The notes: generated by a model not told the origin, from the letters alone. A DNA stretch of 64,000 nucleotides from Candidatus Heimdallarchaeota archaeon (GCA_030603365.1 JAUVXV010000005.1:128001-192000); one strand, 5' to 3'; positions 27,843-37,713 are shown, counted from the first letter of the stretch. Numbers and translations: made by a program.

Positions 27843-29081
27843 ATGTCTTATGCAAAGGAAACAAGAAGATCTATCCTAGTGGTTATTGCAGTAGTCAGTT
27901 TGCTTATCGTGCTAAAATTAGTTTTTGGAATAATCTCCAAATCTTCTGCTTTAATCTCAGATGCTGTTCATTCTACTACTGATCTGATTGTGGCTTTAGC
28001 TTCATTAATAGGGTTGTATTTTGCTAATAGACCTCCTACTAAAAAATTTAGTTATGGTTATTATAAAGTAGAAAATCTTACAACTTTATTAATCTCAATT
28101 GTTATTCTTGGTTCCTCTGGAGAGTTAATATATGAAGGAATAAAGCGATTATTTGAAACACCAGTTTTAGTAATACCTTATGTTGCTATGGGTGTAGCTC
28201 TCTTTTCTTCATTAAGTTCTTTGATTCTAGGATATTATTTGAGGAAAGTTGCTAAAAAAACTAAATCTACAACTATTGAAGCAAATGCTAAAGATAAACT
28301 ATTAGACACACTGACTTCTCTGATTGTGTTTTCTTCGATATTAGCTAGCTTCTTTGAGGTGAAGTATTTCGAAGGAATCGTAACAATTGTTATCTCACTT
28401 ATGGCAATAAAAATAGGTATAGAAATTGGTAAGGAATCTCTCTTCTCTTTGCTGGATAAAAGTGATGTGAAATTAGAACAAGAGGTTGGAGAGATGATAA
28501 ATAAGACCGCTGGGGTTATAAATTTCGCTAGATTAAGAATAAGAAAATCAGGCTCTTACTATCTGGGAGATTGTGAAATAAGAGTACAAAAAGAATTAAG
28601 TATTGATGAAGCACACGAAATCTCTGAAAAAGTTAAAGCTAAGATATTAACAGAAGATTTGAACATCATTACTTTTGTAGTCCATGTTGAACCAGAACAA
28701 AGGGAAGAGAGAAGAATTATTTTACCAGTATTTGAAAATCAAGGATTAGAATCCGTTGTCTTCAAGCAATTTGGTCGTGCTCCTAAATTACTATTGGTAA
28801 ATGTAAATATACAAAGTAAAAGTATTGGATTAATTGAAGAGATTAAGAATCCATTCTTGAAACAAGAATCTCATGCAGGATTAGCTTTTACAAAATTAGT
28901 GCTAAAGAAAGATATTAACACACTAATTACAAAAGAAATAGGAGAGATAACTTTCTATAAATTAAAAGGGGAGCATATAGAAGTGTATAGAGCAGATTGT
29001 GATAATATTAAAGATTGCTTAGAAAAATTGTTTCATAATAAACTAGAAACTATACAAACGCCCACTAAAGAAAAAATATAG
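27843..29081 (+). CDS. Cation diffusion facilitator fused to a C-terminal NifB/NifX-like domain
   Basis: SSALISDAVHS, FSYGYYKVE, RLRIRKSG, EAHEI, VHVEP. Tail has FGRAP and IGE..F.KL. Confidence 0.9.
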   Translation: MSYAKETRRSILVVIAVVSLLIVLKLVFGIISKSSALISDAVHSTTDLIVALASLIGLYFANRPPTKKFSYGYYKVENLTTLLISIVILGSSGELIYEGIKRLFETPVLVIPYVAMGVALFSSLSSLILGYYLRKVAKKTKSTTIEANAKDKLLDTLTSLIVFSSILASFFEVKYFEGIVTIVISLMAIKIGIEIGKESLFSLLDKSDVKLEQEVGEMINKTAGVINFARLRIRKSGSYYLGDCEIRVQKELSIDEAHEISEKVKAKILTEDLNIITFVVHVEPEQREERRIILPVFENQGLESVVFKQFGRAPKLLLVNVNIQSKSIGLIEEIKNPFLKQESHAGLAFTKLVLKKDINTLITKEIGEITFYKLKGEHIEVYRADCDNIKDCLEKLFHNKLETIQTPTKEKI

Positions 29082-29341
29082 CATAATCATCTCTAAATTA
29101 CTCATAGAGTATATCTAATATCGAAATTCGTAAGGATTACTTTCTAATGCCTGTCAGATAAGAATATTGCAGTTCTAGGAGAGGTATGGTTGATAAAAGA
29201 ACTTCTTTATATGAAGAATAGAATTTAAAAACTCTTTTGAATAAGAATATGTATTGTAAAAAGAATCTTCTTATAGAAAAGGAAGAACTAGTATTAAATA
29301 TTATATGATTGAAATGAAAAATATAAATAGAGGTAACAGCT

Positions 29342-31024
29342 TTGTCTGAAACTATTCAAAAGCAATTATTGAGAATTGAGAAATTAATAGTTACGGGGGA
29401 TTATCAAAAGGGATTAGAATTAATAGAAGAAAATCTCAAAGGATATGAAATTGATGAAGATAACCAACTTCGATTATTAAACTTCAAGGGTCACATTCAG
29501 AATAAGTTAGGAAATTATAAAGATGCTTTTGAGATAGCAGAAAATATTTTGAAAAGAAAGCAAGAAGATAAAAATTCGTTAATATATCTAGATGCGCTTA
29601 GTTTGAAAGCATTTACATCTTTTATACTTAATAAGGTAAAACAATCGTTTCTACTAATTGAAGAGTGCTTTCAATTAATAACCAAAATCTCTAATGTTGA
29701 TAAAAAGGAGTTAACTAAAAGAAAAAGCTATGTTTATGGTATAAAGGGGACCCAAGCTGGATCTTTAGGGGATTATACAGAAGGAATAGAGAATTTACAA
29801 TTAGCAATCAAATATGCAAAAGAAGTTGATTATAAAGATCGAGAAGCATTTTATTCTTCTCAACTAGCAATGACACTTTTCTATCAAAACAAACTGGAAG
29901 AAGCTGAAGAAATACTTGAAAAAGCACTAGAATTAGCTCAATCAATCAATAATAAGCACGAAATAGCTTTTGCTTATAATAGATATGGCGTATTAAAATC
30001 AGCAAGATTCAATCATAATGATGCTCTCGAATATTACTTTAAATCTGAATCTCTCCTAAAAGAACTTGGTTCAACATTTCTTTTCTCAGTGTTATATGTT
30101 AATATAGCAGACGTGTACTTGAGTAGATATCAGCTTGATGAAGCTTTAGAGTACGCTAAGAAAGCATTGGAATTTGGTTTTTTAGAGTATCTAATGTATG
30201 GAATTATTGGAGAAATCTACCTCTGGAAAAATGAATTTGAGAAAGCAGAAGAAAATCTGCTAAAAGCAATGAAATTATGTGTCAAAGCAGCTGATACTCG
30301 AGTTATTCCAAAAATGTTGTATAATCTAGTTATTTTAGCAGTTGAAAGGAAAGAAGAAACAAAGGCACAAGATTATTTGAAACAACTTGAGGATTTAGCT
30401 AAGAAGAGAGAATATGAATATTTAGAAGGTTACTATTATTTTGCTCTAACTATTTATTATAAATCAAGTTCAGATATAGATGACTGGGGAAAAGCAAAAA
30501 GAATATTGAAAGAACTTTTAAAAGATAAGAAATTACCTGATTACTTAAGGACTGATGCTCTCTTTAGTTTACTTGAAATTCGATTAATGGAATTACAAAT
30601 TACTGCAAGTAAAGAAACATTAGAACAAGTTCTTCAACAGATTTTAGAACTGCAGAATGAAGCGGAAGATAAACGTCTTTATTGGGTTCTTGTAGAACTC
30701 TATTACTTAAGATCTCAGGTTGCTTTACTTGAATTAAATGTAAAAAAATCATTAGAGTTATTAACTACTGCTAGTATAATAGCTGAAGATAAAGGTCTCA
30801 AATTTCTAATGCAGAAAATAGAAAAAGAACGGAAGAAAGTTGAAAGTCAGATTGAAATGTGGAATAGGTTCCAAGAACAAAATACGCCCTTAACAGAAAC
30901 ATTGAAGGAAATTCAATTGGAAAACACAAGAAAAGATATAGTAAGAGAAACAATAATGGAAGTAAGGGACAAAAATACAGGTGAAATTAAAGAATATCGG
31001 AAATTATTTTCTATTAAGATATAA
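29342..31024 (+). CDS. Tetratricopeptide repeat protein
   Basis: Multiple TPR units (EEAEEILEKALELAQ, DEALEYAKKALE, EKAEENLLKAMKL). Confidence 0.88.
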   Translation: MSETIQKQLLRIEKLIVTGDYQKGLELIEENLKGYEIDEDNQLRLLNFKGHIQNKLGNYKDAFEIAENILKRKQEDKNSLIYLDALSLKAFTSFILNKVKQSFLLIEECFQLITKISNVDKKELTKRKSYVYGIKGTQAGSLGDYTEGIENLQLAIKYAKEVDYKDREAFYSSQLAMTLFYQNKLEEAEEILEKALELAQSINNKHEIAFAYNRYGVLKSARFNHNDALEYYFKSESLLKELGSTFLFSVLYVNIADVYLSRYQLDEALEYAKKALEFGFLEYLMYGIIGEIYLWKNEFEKAEENLLKAMKLCVKAADTRVIPKMLYNLVILAVERKEETKAQDYLKQLEDLAKKREYEYLEGYYYFALTIYYKSSSDIDDWGKAKRILKELLKDKKLPDYLRTDALFSLLEIRLMELQITASKETLEQVLQQILELQNEAEDKRLYWVLVELYYLRSQVALLELNVKKSLELLTTASIIAEDKGLKFLMQKIEKERKKVESQIEMWNRFQEQNTPLTETLKEIQLENTRKDIVRETIMEVRDKNTGEIKEYRKLFSIKI

Positions 31025-31034
31025 CAAAGTGGGC

Positions 31035-31055
31035 GAGCTAAAAGTCTATTAGCTC
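31035..31055. terminator. Short hairpin between convergent genes
   Basis: GAGCTAA-7nt-TTAGCTC next to an A/T tract. Confidence 0.4.
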
Positions 31056-31080
31056 CTATAATAAGAAGAAAAAAAAGATG

Positions 31081-31121
31081 AGAGTTTGATTACTCTTTCT
31101 TTAATAATTATTAAACAACTT
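31081..31121. repeat. 41-bp direct repeat, copy 1
   Basis: 38/41 identical to 33290-33330 by manual alignment. Confidence 0.85.
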
Positions 31122-32064
31122 CTTCATTATCTGACACTCGTTCTTTAATTATCTTTAATTCTGCAAGAATTTCAGAATAGAGATTGCGAATTGGTAAAGG
31201 TGAATTTGAAATAAATGAATGTTCTTTTAGATATCTAGGCGGATCAAGTAATCGAACAAGATTTAGTATCTCTTCCAGTAATTTGTGCGGATAATATATT
31301 CCAACAATCTTGCCCTCTGGATTATTAGATTTACTTTCCCCTGCTGTTTGGATTAATATAGTTGATATTCCAAAAAATCTATCTAGCGGACCTCGTTTAA
31401 TTAGAAGATTGGTAATTGTCCTAAAAGGAATTATTGTTTTTGTTCTGGTAATAACACCTCTTCTGATAACGAACTCGGTATCAAGAATTTCATATTCCAG
31501 TATTTTAAAATAATAATGCATTAAAATGATTGAAAGTACAGCTATAGTTCCGAAGATTACCAAACCAAGACCAATGAAAATCAAAATTCTATTTACTGCA
31601 CTCAATTGAGAGAATAATAGTGAATTAAGTGTTTTTGAAAAACCGAACAGAAATGACCATATGATCATTATTGTAACAAAAACTCCTATTATAGAGATGA
31701 ACCACTTCTTTTTTGTTTCCTCTGCTGGATGAATTTTCTTTATCGACAAGTTTTCAAATAATGATTTTAACTCAATTACTTCTTGTTTATCATCTTTCAA
31801 TGATTGAATCTGTTTGAGTAGATCTATTGACTTCTTCCCGATTGATGTTAATCTATATGCTTTTTCGTCTTTCTTGTCAATTAAACCAGTTAATTGTCTA
31901 AGATGAAAATTAAGTTTACCAGTTGATAATTTCAATTCTCGTAATAAATCTGAGTAGGTTAGAAAAGAATAATCCTCTATAAGGTACAATATCTTTCTTC
32001 TAATCTCATTTGTGATTGCTTTTAATATCCATTCTGATTCAAAAGCAAGTTCTGGAATTATCAT
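31111..32064 (-). CDS. ArsR-like wHTH regulator fused to 2 TM and a bPH_2 (bacterial PH) domain
   Basis: LKAITNEIRRKIL..LTYSDL..LSTGKLNFHLRQL wHTH, two TM, FVIRRGVITRTKTIIPFRTITNL..RGPLDRFFGISTILIQTAG. Confidence 0.88.
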   Translation of the reverse strand: MIIPELAFESEWILKAITNEIRRKILYLIEDYSFLTYSDLLRELKLSTGKLNFHLRQLTGLIDKKDEKAYRLTSIGKKSIDLLKQIQSLKDDKQEVIELKSLFENLSIKKIHPAEETKKKWFISIIGVFVTIMIIWSFLFGFSKTLNSLLFSQLSAVNRILIFIGLGLVIFGTIAVLSIILMHYYFKILEYEILDTEFVIRRGVITRTKTIIPFRTITNLLIKRGPLDRFFGISTILIQTAGESKSNNPEGKIVGIYYPHKLLEEILNLVRLLDPPRYLKEHSFISNSPLPIRNLYSEILAELKIIKERVSDNEEVV

Positions 32065-32161
32065 TTAGATTCTCCTTGATAAAATGATTATTCAGCAAGT
32101 ATTAAGATTTGCGTTAACATTTTCTTCACAACATAACATTAGTTTCAAGCCTTATGAATTG

Positions 32162-32185
32162 TTTTGACAAGTTTTCTTTTCAAAA
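32162..32185. promoter_or_regulatory. Candidate operator palindrome
   Basis: TTTTGACAAG-TTTT-CTTTTCAAAA (9/10 arm match) immediately upstream of TTTATAA at 32189-32195. Confidence 0.55.
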
Positions 32186-32226
32186 TTGTTTATAATTATT
32201 CAAGTATAAGTTAGCTCGGTGTCAAA

Positions 32227-32898
32227 ATGAATGATGAAAGTCTTAATCTGACAAAAATAGGCAAGCACAAAATAATTGAACAGTTCACACCAGATAATTC
32301 AAAATTGTTTACAATATGGGTTGTGGAGTTAATGTTGGCCTATATTTTAATTACAGGATTAGCTGCTCTGTCAATCTTTATAGCTAGCTTAAGTGGAGAT
32401 ATCTCAATATCCTTGAGTAGTCTATATACGTTGATCTATCCTTGGTTCTTAGGTTTCTCAATACCACTAGCTGCATTAGCAGTAGCATTTACGTTCGTAT
32501 ATATACGACAGATAAAATATTCTCTAACTACTCATGAAATTATTGTTGAAAAAGGAATCATAACAAAAAGTCGTAAAGTTGTTCCTTATCGCAATATAAC
32601 TAATTTCAATCAAAGAAGAGGACCTTTTGATCGTTGGATTGGAGGACCTTCTTTTGGAACTATTGGAATTGAAACAGCAGGTATGAGTGGTGGTTCGAGT
32701 CAAAAATCACGTCCAGAACAGAAATTAGTAGGTATTAATGATACAAACGAATATACAGAAAAGATTCGTAACATACTATCAAAAATGAGAGGTCAAGCAG
32801 CTGTAACTGCTGACTCTGAAACAGCTCCAATGCTCAATGAAGAAGAATTGTTAAAAGAGATGCTGTTAACACTGAAAGAAATAGCTAAAAAGATTTAG
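32227..32898 (+). CDS. bPH_2 domain membrane protein (YdbS-like)
   Basis: Two TM, then IIVEKGIITKSRKVVPYRNITNFNQRRGPFDR..GTIGIETAG, and a C-terminal amphipathic helix. Confidence 0.88.
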   Translation: MNDESLNLTKIGKHKIIEQFTPDNSKLFTIWVVELMLAYILITGLAALSIFIASLSGDISISLSSLYTLIYPWFLGFSIPLAALAVAFTFVYIRQIKYSLTTHEIIVEKGIITKSRKVVPYRNITNFNQRRGPFDRWIGGPSFGTIGIETAGMSGGSSQKSRPEQKLVGINDTNEYTEKIRNILSKMRGQAAVTADSETAPMLNEEELLKEMLLTLKEIAKKI

Positions 32899-32933
32899 CT
32901 ACTTCAAAATTTTTTTCATTCTTAGGTCTACTT

Positions 32934-33258
32934 ATGAGTATATCTAGGTCTCATATTGATTATCTATATTTTCCAAAACTTCTTGAGAATAAGAGAAAAG
33001 ATGAGTATAAGAAAGTAATTGAGAAAGTAGATGAATGGTTGAAGATAGAAGAAAATGCAATATTCTTCGAGTTTATTCTAGAGTTTAAGATGAGGATAAA
33101 TAGAAGCATTGGTATCTAGTATCAAGAAGTAGAAGAAGAAAAGAGTTATCTTAATCTATGCCAAACTTTCTTTGAATATTTTTAGTTTGTATAAATCGAT
33201 TAATAAGAGACCACTTCGTGAACTTCGAAAAATAAAAAAATGGATAAAAACTAAATGA
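32934..33258 (+). pseudogene. Short ORF / probable degraded gene fragment
   Basis: 61-aa ORF whose coding-like composition continues past TAG 33119 with several further stops. Confidence 0.3.
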
Positions 33259-33289
33259 TCTAATAAACAAAAAAGAAGAAAAGAAGAAA

Positions 33290-33330
33290 AGAGTTAGATT
33301 ACTCTTTCTTTAATAATTTTTAAATAACTT
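33290..33330. repeat. 41-bp direct repeat, copy 2
   Basis: 38/41 identical to 31081-31121. Confidence 0.85.
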
Positions 33331-33558
33331 TCTTGCTTCTGGCAAATTTGATAATAACCTAGAAGAGAATACCAATAGCAGCTGATGCAACAAGTACGAC
33401 AATAATTATCCAAACATATTCATTATTAATACCTTCGACTTTGAACCATGCATCATAGAGTATCCTTCACCACTAGAAATTTTAGCGAGGAAACCCATAA
33501 AGATTGATGCAGTAAGGGACATAACTACTAATACAGAATAATAAAATGATTTGTTCAT
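33299..33558 (-). pseudogene. Remnant of a second membrane pyrophosphatase gene (3' end only)
   Basis: Translates VLVVMSLTASIFMGFL, then after a frameshift YVWIIIVVLVASAAIGILF*VIIKFARSKKVI*KLLKKE*. Collinear with the C-terminus of the adjacent HppA. Confidence 0.8.
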
Positions 33559-33654
33559 ATTTTGAGATTTTAGTGTTGGTTTCTTTTATGTATCTAAGAA
33601 AATGAAAAATTTAATGATTGATAAAAAAATAAAAAGGAAAAAGTGTTAGAAAGA

Positions 33655-35901
33655 TTAATCTTTCTTCTTGAAGATCTTTTCTAATACTTTAGGATGCTTA
33701 ACAATTTTCATGATTGCCCAGATAAGGATACCAGCAAGAACCACACCTAGAAGAACAAGAAGGATGATCCAGATTGCTATATCACCAACAGCACTTTCAG
33801 CGAGAAGTCCACCAATTAAACCATCTGCACCTACTGTTAGCATAAGTCCCATAAAGACTGAAGAAGTCAAGGACATAACAACAAGCAATGTGTTAATACT
33901 TGGACCTGAGGTGTCTTTGAAAGGATCACCAACGGTGTCACCAGTGATAGCAGCTTTGTGAGTCTCAGTGCCTTTACCACCAAGATTACCCTCTTCAATC
34001 CACTTTTTAGCATTATCCCAAGCTCCACCAGAATTAGACATCATGATTGCGAAAACGAATCCTGATAGGATAGCTCCTGCGAGAAAAGCACCTAATGCAG
34101 CTACACCAAATATGAGACCAACTATAACAGGTACTGTGAATGATATTATACTGGGTAGAATAAGTTCCACTAAAGCTCCTTTTGTAGCTATAGCAATGGT
34201 CTTATTGAAGTCAGCAGGTTCTGTTCCTTCTAAGATGCCAGGATTTTCTTCAAATTGTCTTCTTATTTCTAGAACCATCTTGGCTGCATTTTTCTGAACT
34301 GATAGAATTAGCAAAGCTGAGAATAATGCGGGAATAACTACACCAATAAATGCGCCGATTAGAATTTTGATGTCTAATAAATTCATACTTGCTATTCCAG
34401 CTTCTTGAGCAAATGAGAATAGTAATGCTAAAACTGTTAAGTTTGCAGAACCAATTGCAAAACCTTTAGTGATGGCTTTTGCTGTGTTTCCAGCTGAATC
34501 TAACATATCAGCATTTCTGATAACTTCTTCTCCGAGTCCACCTTGTTCGGCTATGGCGCGTGAATTATCGACAATAGGTCCAAAGGCATCATTTGAAACA
34601 ATTGTTCCAACAATAGAAAGCATACCGACAGCTGCTAAAGCAACACCAAAAACACCATCAAGCATAAATGATACTGCCATCGCAACAATTATACCTAGAG
34701 CTGGAGGAACAACACTGATTAAACCATATGAGAAACCAGAAAGTATTGTAACTGCATGTCCTTCTTCAGCTGCTAGAGCAATGTTCCTTGTAGGTTTTTT
34801 ATCTTCTCTTGTAAAGTAATCACTTGTCCATCCAATTATAATTCCACTGGCAAGACCTATTAATATTGCGAAGTAATCTCTCCATAATTGAGTTGTGCTC
34901 GCTGGAAGTTGAGTTGTAAGTATCCAAATCAATATTGCAATAAAACCAGCTACAATTAATGTTGATAGATATGTTCCTAAGTTTAGAGCTTTTCCTGGAT
35001 TTTCTCTGCCTAACCATTTAACAAGGAAAATACCAATTAACGAAGCAATTAAACCTACTCCTGCGACTAATATAGGTAGAATAACAAAGTAAATTTCAAA
35101 ACCTAGAGCACCAAACGTTGTACCCAGAATCATTGCTGCAACTATTGAAGCTACATAAGAGTCGAGTAGATCGCTCCCCATGCCTGCAATGTCTCCTACA
35201 TTATCACCGACATTGTCAGCAATAGTTGCTGGATTTCGTACGTCATCTTCTGGAAGATTGTATTCAGCCTTACCTACTAGATCTGCTCCAACATCAGCTG
35301 TTTTAGTGAATATTCCTCCACCATATTTCATGAATAATGCAATTGTAGAAGCTCCAAAACTGAAACCTAGAACTACTTTTGTGGCAAATTTAAAACCTAC
35401 TAGTGGTTCGAATATCCAGTAAATTCCTCCAACACCTAATAAGGCTACACCAACAACAGCTAAGCCCATTACTGAACCTCCAAAGAAAGCGATATCAAAT
35501 CCTTCCTTTACGCTTTTTGTTACACCTTGTGCAGCTCGTGTGTTTGTCTTAACTCCTACAATCAATCCTAACCATCCGGCAAACATTGATGCTACAGATC
35601 CTATTAGATAAGCTAATGCTTGCTCCCAATTTAGATCTCCATTTAATACTGGAACAAGATTATTTGTCATCTCTGATGGTAGGAATAGTAATATTACAAA
35701 GAACAGAACACCAACAAATGCCGCTAGAACCAGATATTGGACCCAGAGGAAATGTTTCGCTCCTGTTTCAATATACCCGGATATTTCTATCATCTTTTCG
35801 TTTCCACGATCCTTCTTCATCACTATAGATGTGAAATATATCGCAGCTACAATAGATATAATACCGGCTATAATAGCTATTAATATAATAATTGGTACCA
35901 T
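33655..35901 (-). CDS. hppA: Membrane-bound H+-translocating pyrophosphatase, predicted K+-independent
   Basis: GGGIFTKTADVGADLVGKAE, IADNVGDNVGD, GNTAKAITKG (Lys at the K+-dependence position), GGAWDNAKK, GDTVGDPFKDTSGPS. ATG 35901 (track start 35913). Confidence 0.95.
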   Translation of the reverse strand: MVPIIILIAIIAGIISIVAAIYFTSIVMKKDRGNEKMIEISGYIETGAKHFLWVQYLVLAAFVGVLFFVILLFLPSEMTNNLVPVLNGDLNWEQALAYLIGSVASMFAGWLGLIVGVKTNTRAAQGVTKSVKEGFDIAFFGGSVMGLAVVGVALLGVGGIYWIFEPLVGFKFATKVVLGFSFGASTIALFMKYGGGIFTKTADVGADLVGKAEYNLPEDDVRNPATIADNVGDNVGDIAGMGSDLLDSYVASIVAAMILGTTFGALGFEIYFVILPILVAGVGLIASLIGIFLVKWLGRENPGKALNLGTYLSTLIVAGFIAILIWILTTQLPASTTQLWRDYFAILIGLASGIIIGWTSDYFTREDKKPTRNIALAAEEGHAVTILSGFSYGLISVVPPALGIIVAMAVSFMLDGVFGVALAAVGMLSIVGTIVSNDAFGPIVDNSRAIAEQGGLGEEVIRNADMLDSAGNTAKAITKGFAIGSANLTVLALLFSFAQEAGIASMNLLDIKILIGAFIGVVIPALFSALLILSVQKNAAKMVLEIRRQFEENPGILEGTEPADFNKTIAIATKGALVELILPSIISFTVPVIVGLIFGVAALGAFLAGAILSGFVFAIMMSNSGGAWDNAKKWIEEGNLGGKGTETHKAAITGDTVGDPFKDTSGPSINTLLVVMSLTSSVFMGLMLTVGADGLIGGLLAESAVGDIAIWIILLVLLGVVLAGILIWAIMKIVKHPKVLEKIFKKKD

Positions 35902-36104
35902 TTTTATATACACATTTTTTATGTTTAAGTGGTTTGCATGTAAACCGTTAATATTTAAAACTTACTCCCTTTACCTATCATTATAGGTCTGAGATAAAAG
36001 GGGGCATTTTAGTTATTTTCTGGGTTTTTGCGTATTAGATAAAATATATGCACAGTAGATTAGGACGAATAGGACTGTTTCTCTCACTTTCTTAGCTCTT
36101 CTTT

Positions 36105-37511
36105 CTACGTAATATCATCAACTATTATTGGAATACTTTTTTTATTTTTCTTCCCAAACTTACCTAGTTTGATGTCCCTTATGAATAAAAATGCTGCTGC
36201 TGTTGTTCCTAACAAAGCTAAGAGTAGGATAAATGCAATTGACCATAATTTTGAATTTGGGTTTGGATTATCGTAAATCTTAGTAAATAACCATGGAAAT
36301 AATGCAGCTAATGTGCTTGGAAATGCAAATAAGAGACTAATTCCTGTTGATCTGGACTCTTGAGGTACATTTTCCGCTACATATTTCGTTCCTGCTGCTG
36401 CGGAAAAATATAGACTTGCTACAAAGAGGAAGTATAGTGCAATTGTTAACCATAATGGAAAAGCTGCTGATCCTAAGAAGATGATCAGAAGCAATACTGC
36501 ACACCCACCTAATGAAGCTAACATTGTTAGACTCGTAGTATATTTGTCACTCAGTAATCCTCCAAGAAGTGCTGTTAATCCTCCTATTACAAAGATTAAT
36601 GATAAAACCCAACCAGCTGTATTAAGATCGAAATTATAAAGGTCTACAAATAGAAATGCCATATAATTACTTGAAATTCTGAAAACCCCTGATCTAAATG
36701 AAGAATAGAACAAACAAGTAATTATTGCTAAAGTAATTAACACTAAAAATTCTTTCTTGAACCAATTTTTTGCCCTTGCACCATTGTTCATGCTTTTTTT
36801 ATTAATTCTCTTTTTCTCTAACTCCTCCTCAGTATAATTATACTCTATTAATTTGTTAAGTGCAAAGTAAATAGCTACTCCAAGAACTAAGCAAATTATC
36901 CCTAAAGCTATGAAGAAATTTCTCCAACCGAATCTTGTATGAAAGATAGTGATCATAACAGGTATAATTGCAGTTCCTGCCATTCCTAAACCTGCATTAA
37001 GCGACATCATTAACCCTTTTTTCTCCTCGTAGAGATCTGCTATACTGGCATAGGCAACTGGGTGATATAACGAAGATCCTAAGGCTACTATAACAACAGC
37101 TATGATGAGTCCTACTATCGTTGTTGCATATGCTGCAATAAACAAGTGAATTGCCATAATTATTATACCAAGTGGAATAAAAACATTCTTGCTTCTCAAC
37201 CACTTATCTCCAACCACCCCTACTCCTAAAGTGATTACAGCAAAAACAATCATCTGAAGTGTTATCAGCAAACCTGTTTGAGTTGTTGTCAGATCAGGTA
37301 ATCGGTTATAAATTAGTATATTGTTAACAACTTCTGCTGAGTAGTTTTTTGCAGATTTAATCACAATACTATATAAGTTGTCTAACCTATTTGGTTGTCT
37401 GATTACTAATAATGAAACACCAAGAACATAGGCATAGAAATGATTAATGAAATGACCAAAAATAAGTGTTGTTAATGCTAGTTTTGGTTTAGGGCTCTTT
37501 ACTTGTGGCAT
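36105..37511 (-). CDS. MFS transporter (FSR-like)
   Basis: GHFINH, GVVGDKW, LGSSLYHP, GGLLSDKY, about 12 TM. Confidence 0.9.
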   Translation of the reverse strand: MPQVKSPKPKLALTTLIFGHFINHFYAYVLGVSLLVIRQPNRLDNLYSIVIKSAKNYSAEVVNNILIYNRLPDLTTTQTGLLITLQMIVFAVITLGVGVVGDKWLRSKNVFIPLGIIIMAIHLFIAAYATTIVGLIIAVVIVALGSSLYHPVAYASIADLYEEKKGLMMSLNAGLGMAGTAIIPVMITIFHTRFGWRNFFIALGIICLVLGVAIYFALNKLIEYNYTEEELEKKRINKKSMNNGARAKNWFKKEFLVLITLAIITCLFYSSFRSGVFRISSNYMAFLFVDLYNFDLNTAGWVLSLIFVIGGLTALLGGLLSDKYTTSLTMLASLGGCAVLLLIIFLGSAAFPLWLTIALYFLFVASLYFSAAAGTKYVAENVPQESRSTGISLLFAFPSTLAALFPWLFTKIYDNPNPNSKLWSIAFILLLALLGTTAAAFLFIRDIKLGKFGKKNKKSIPIIVDDIT

Positions 37512-37596
37512 CTAAACGTTGTGTTTAAAGATAGGTTAAAAACTTTATCGTAACGAGTTAGTAAGAATATTTAGTAAAGGAATGCAATAGAATCAT

Positions 37597-37713
37597 TTAG
37601 GGTTTTTGCAGAGCTGACTTTGCTTCAGCACGTCTTATTTCTTGCTCTGTAATTTCTTTAGCACTTAATTCTTTCTTCTTGAATTTTAGTTTCTTTTTCT
37701 TCTTATCTTTCAT
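37597..37713 (-). CDS. Possible small basic protein (38 aa, absent from ORF track)
   Basis: MKDKKKKKLKFKKKELSAKEITEQEIRRAEAKSALQKP fills the gap between the MFS and GTPase genes. Confidence 0.45.
   Translation of the reverse strand: MKDKKKKKLKFKKKELSAKEITEQEIRRAEAKSALQKP

Noticed and set aside
31081-33330. Calling the repeat-flanked cassette an active mobile element
   Set aside because: No transposase, integrase or terminal inverted repeats, and the repeats have already diverged. Reported only as a possible insertion scar.
33668-35828. Several 65-116 aa alternative-frame ORFs over hppA, and similar short ORFs over other long genes (e.g. 18607, 42195, 22731, 9628)
   Set aside because: Antisense or off-frame shadows of well-supported genes, with no motifs of their own.
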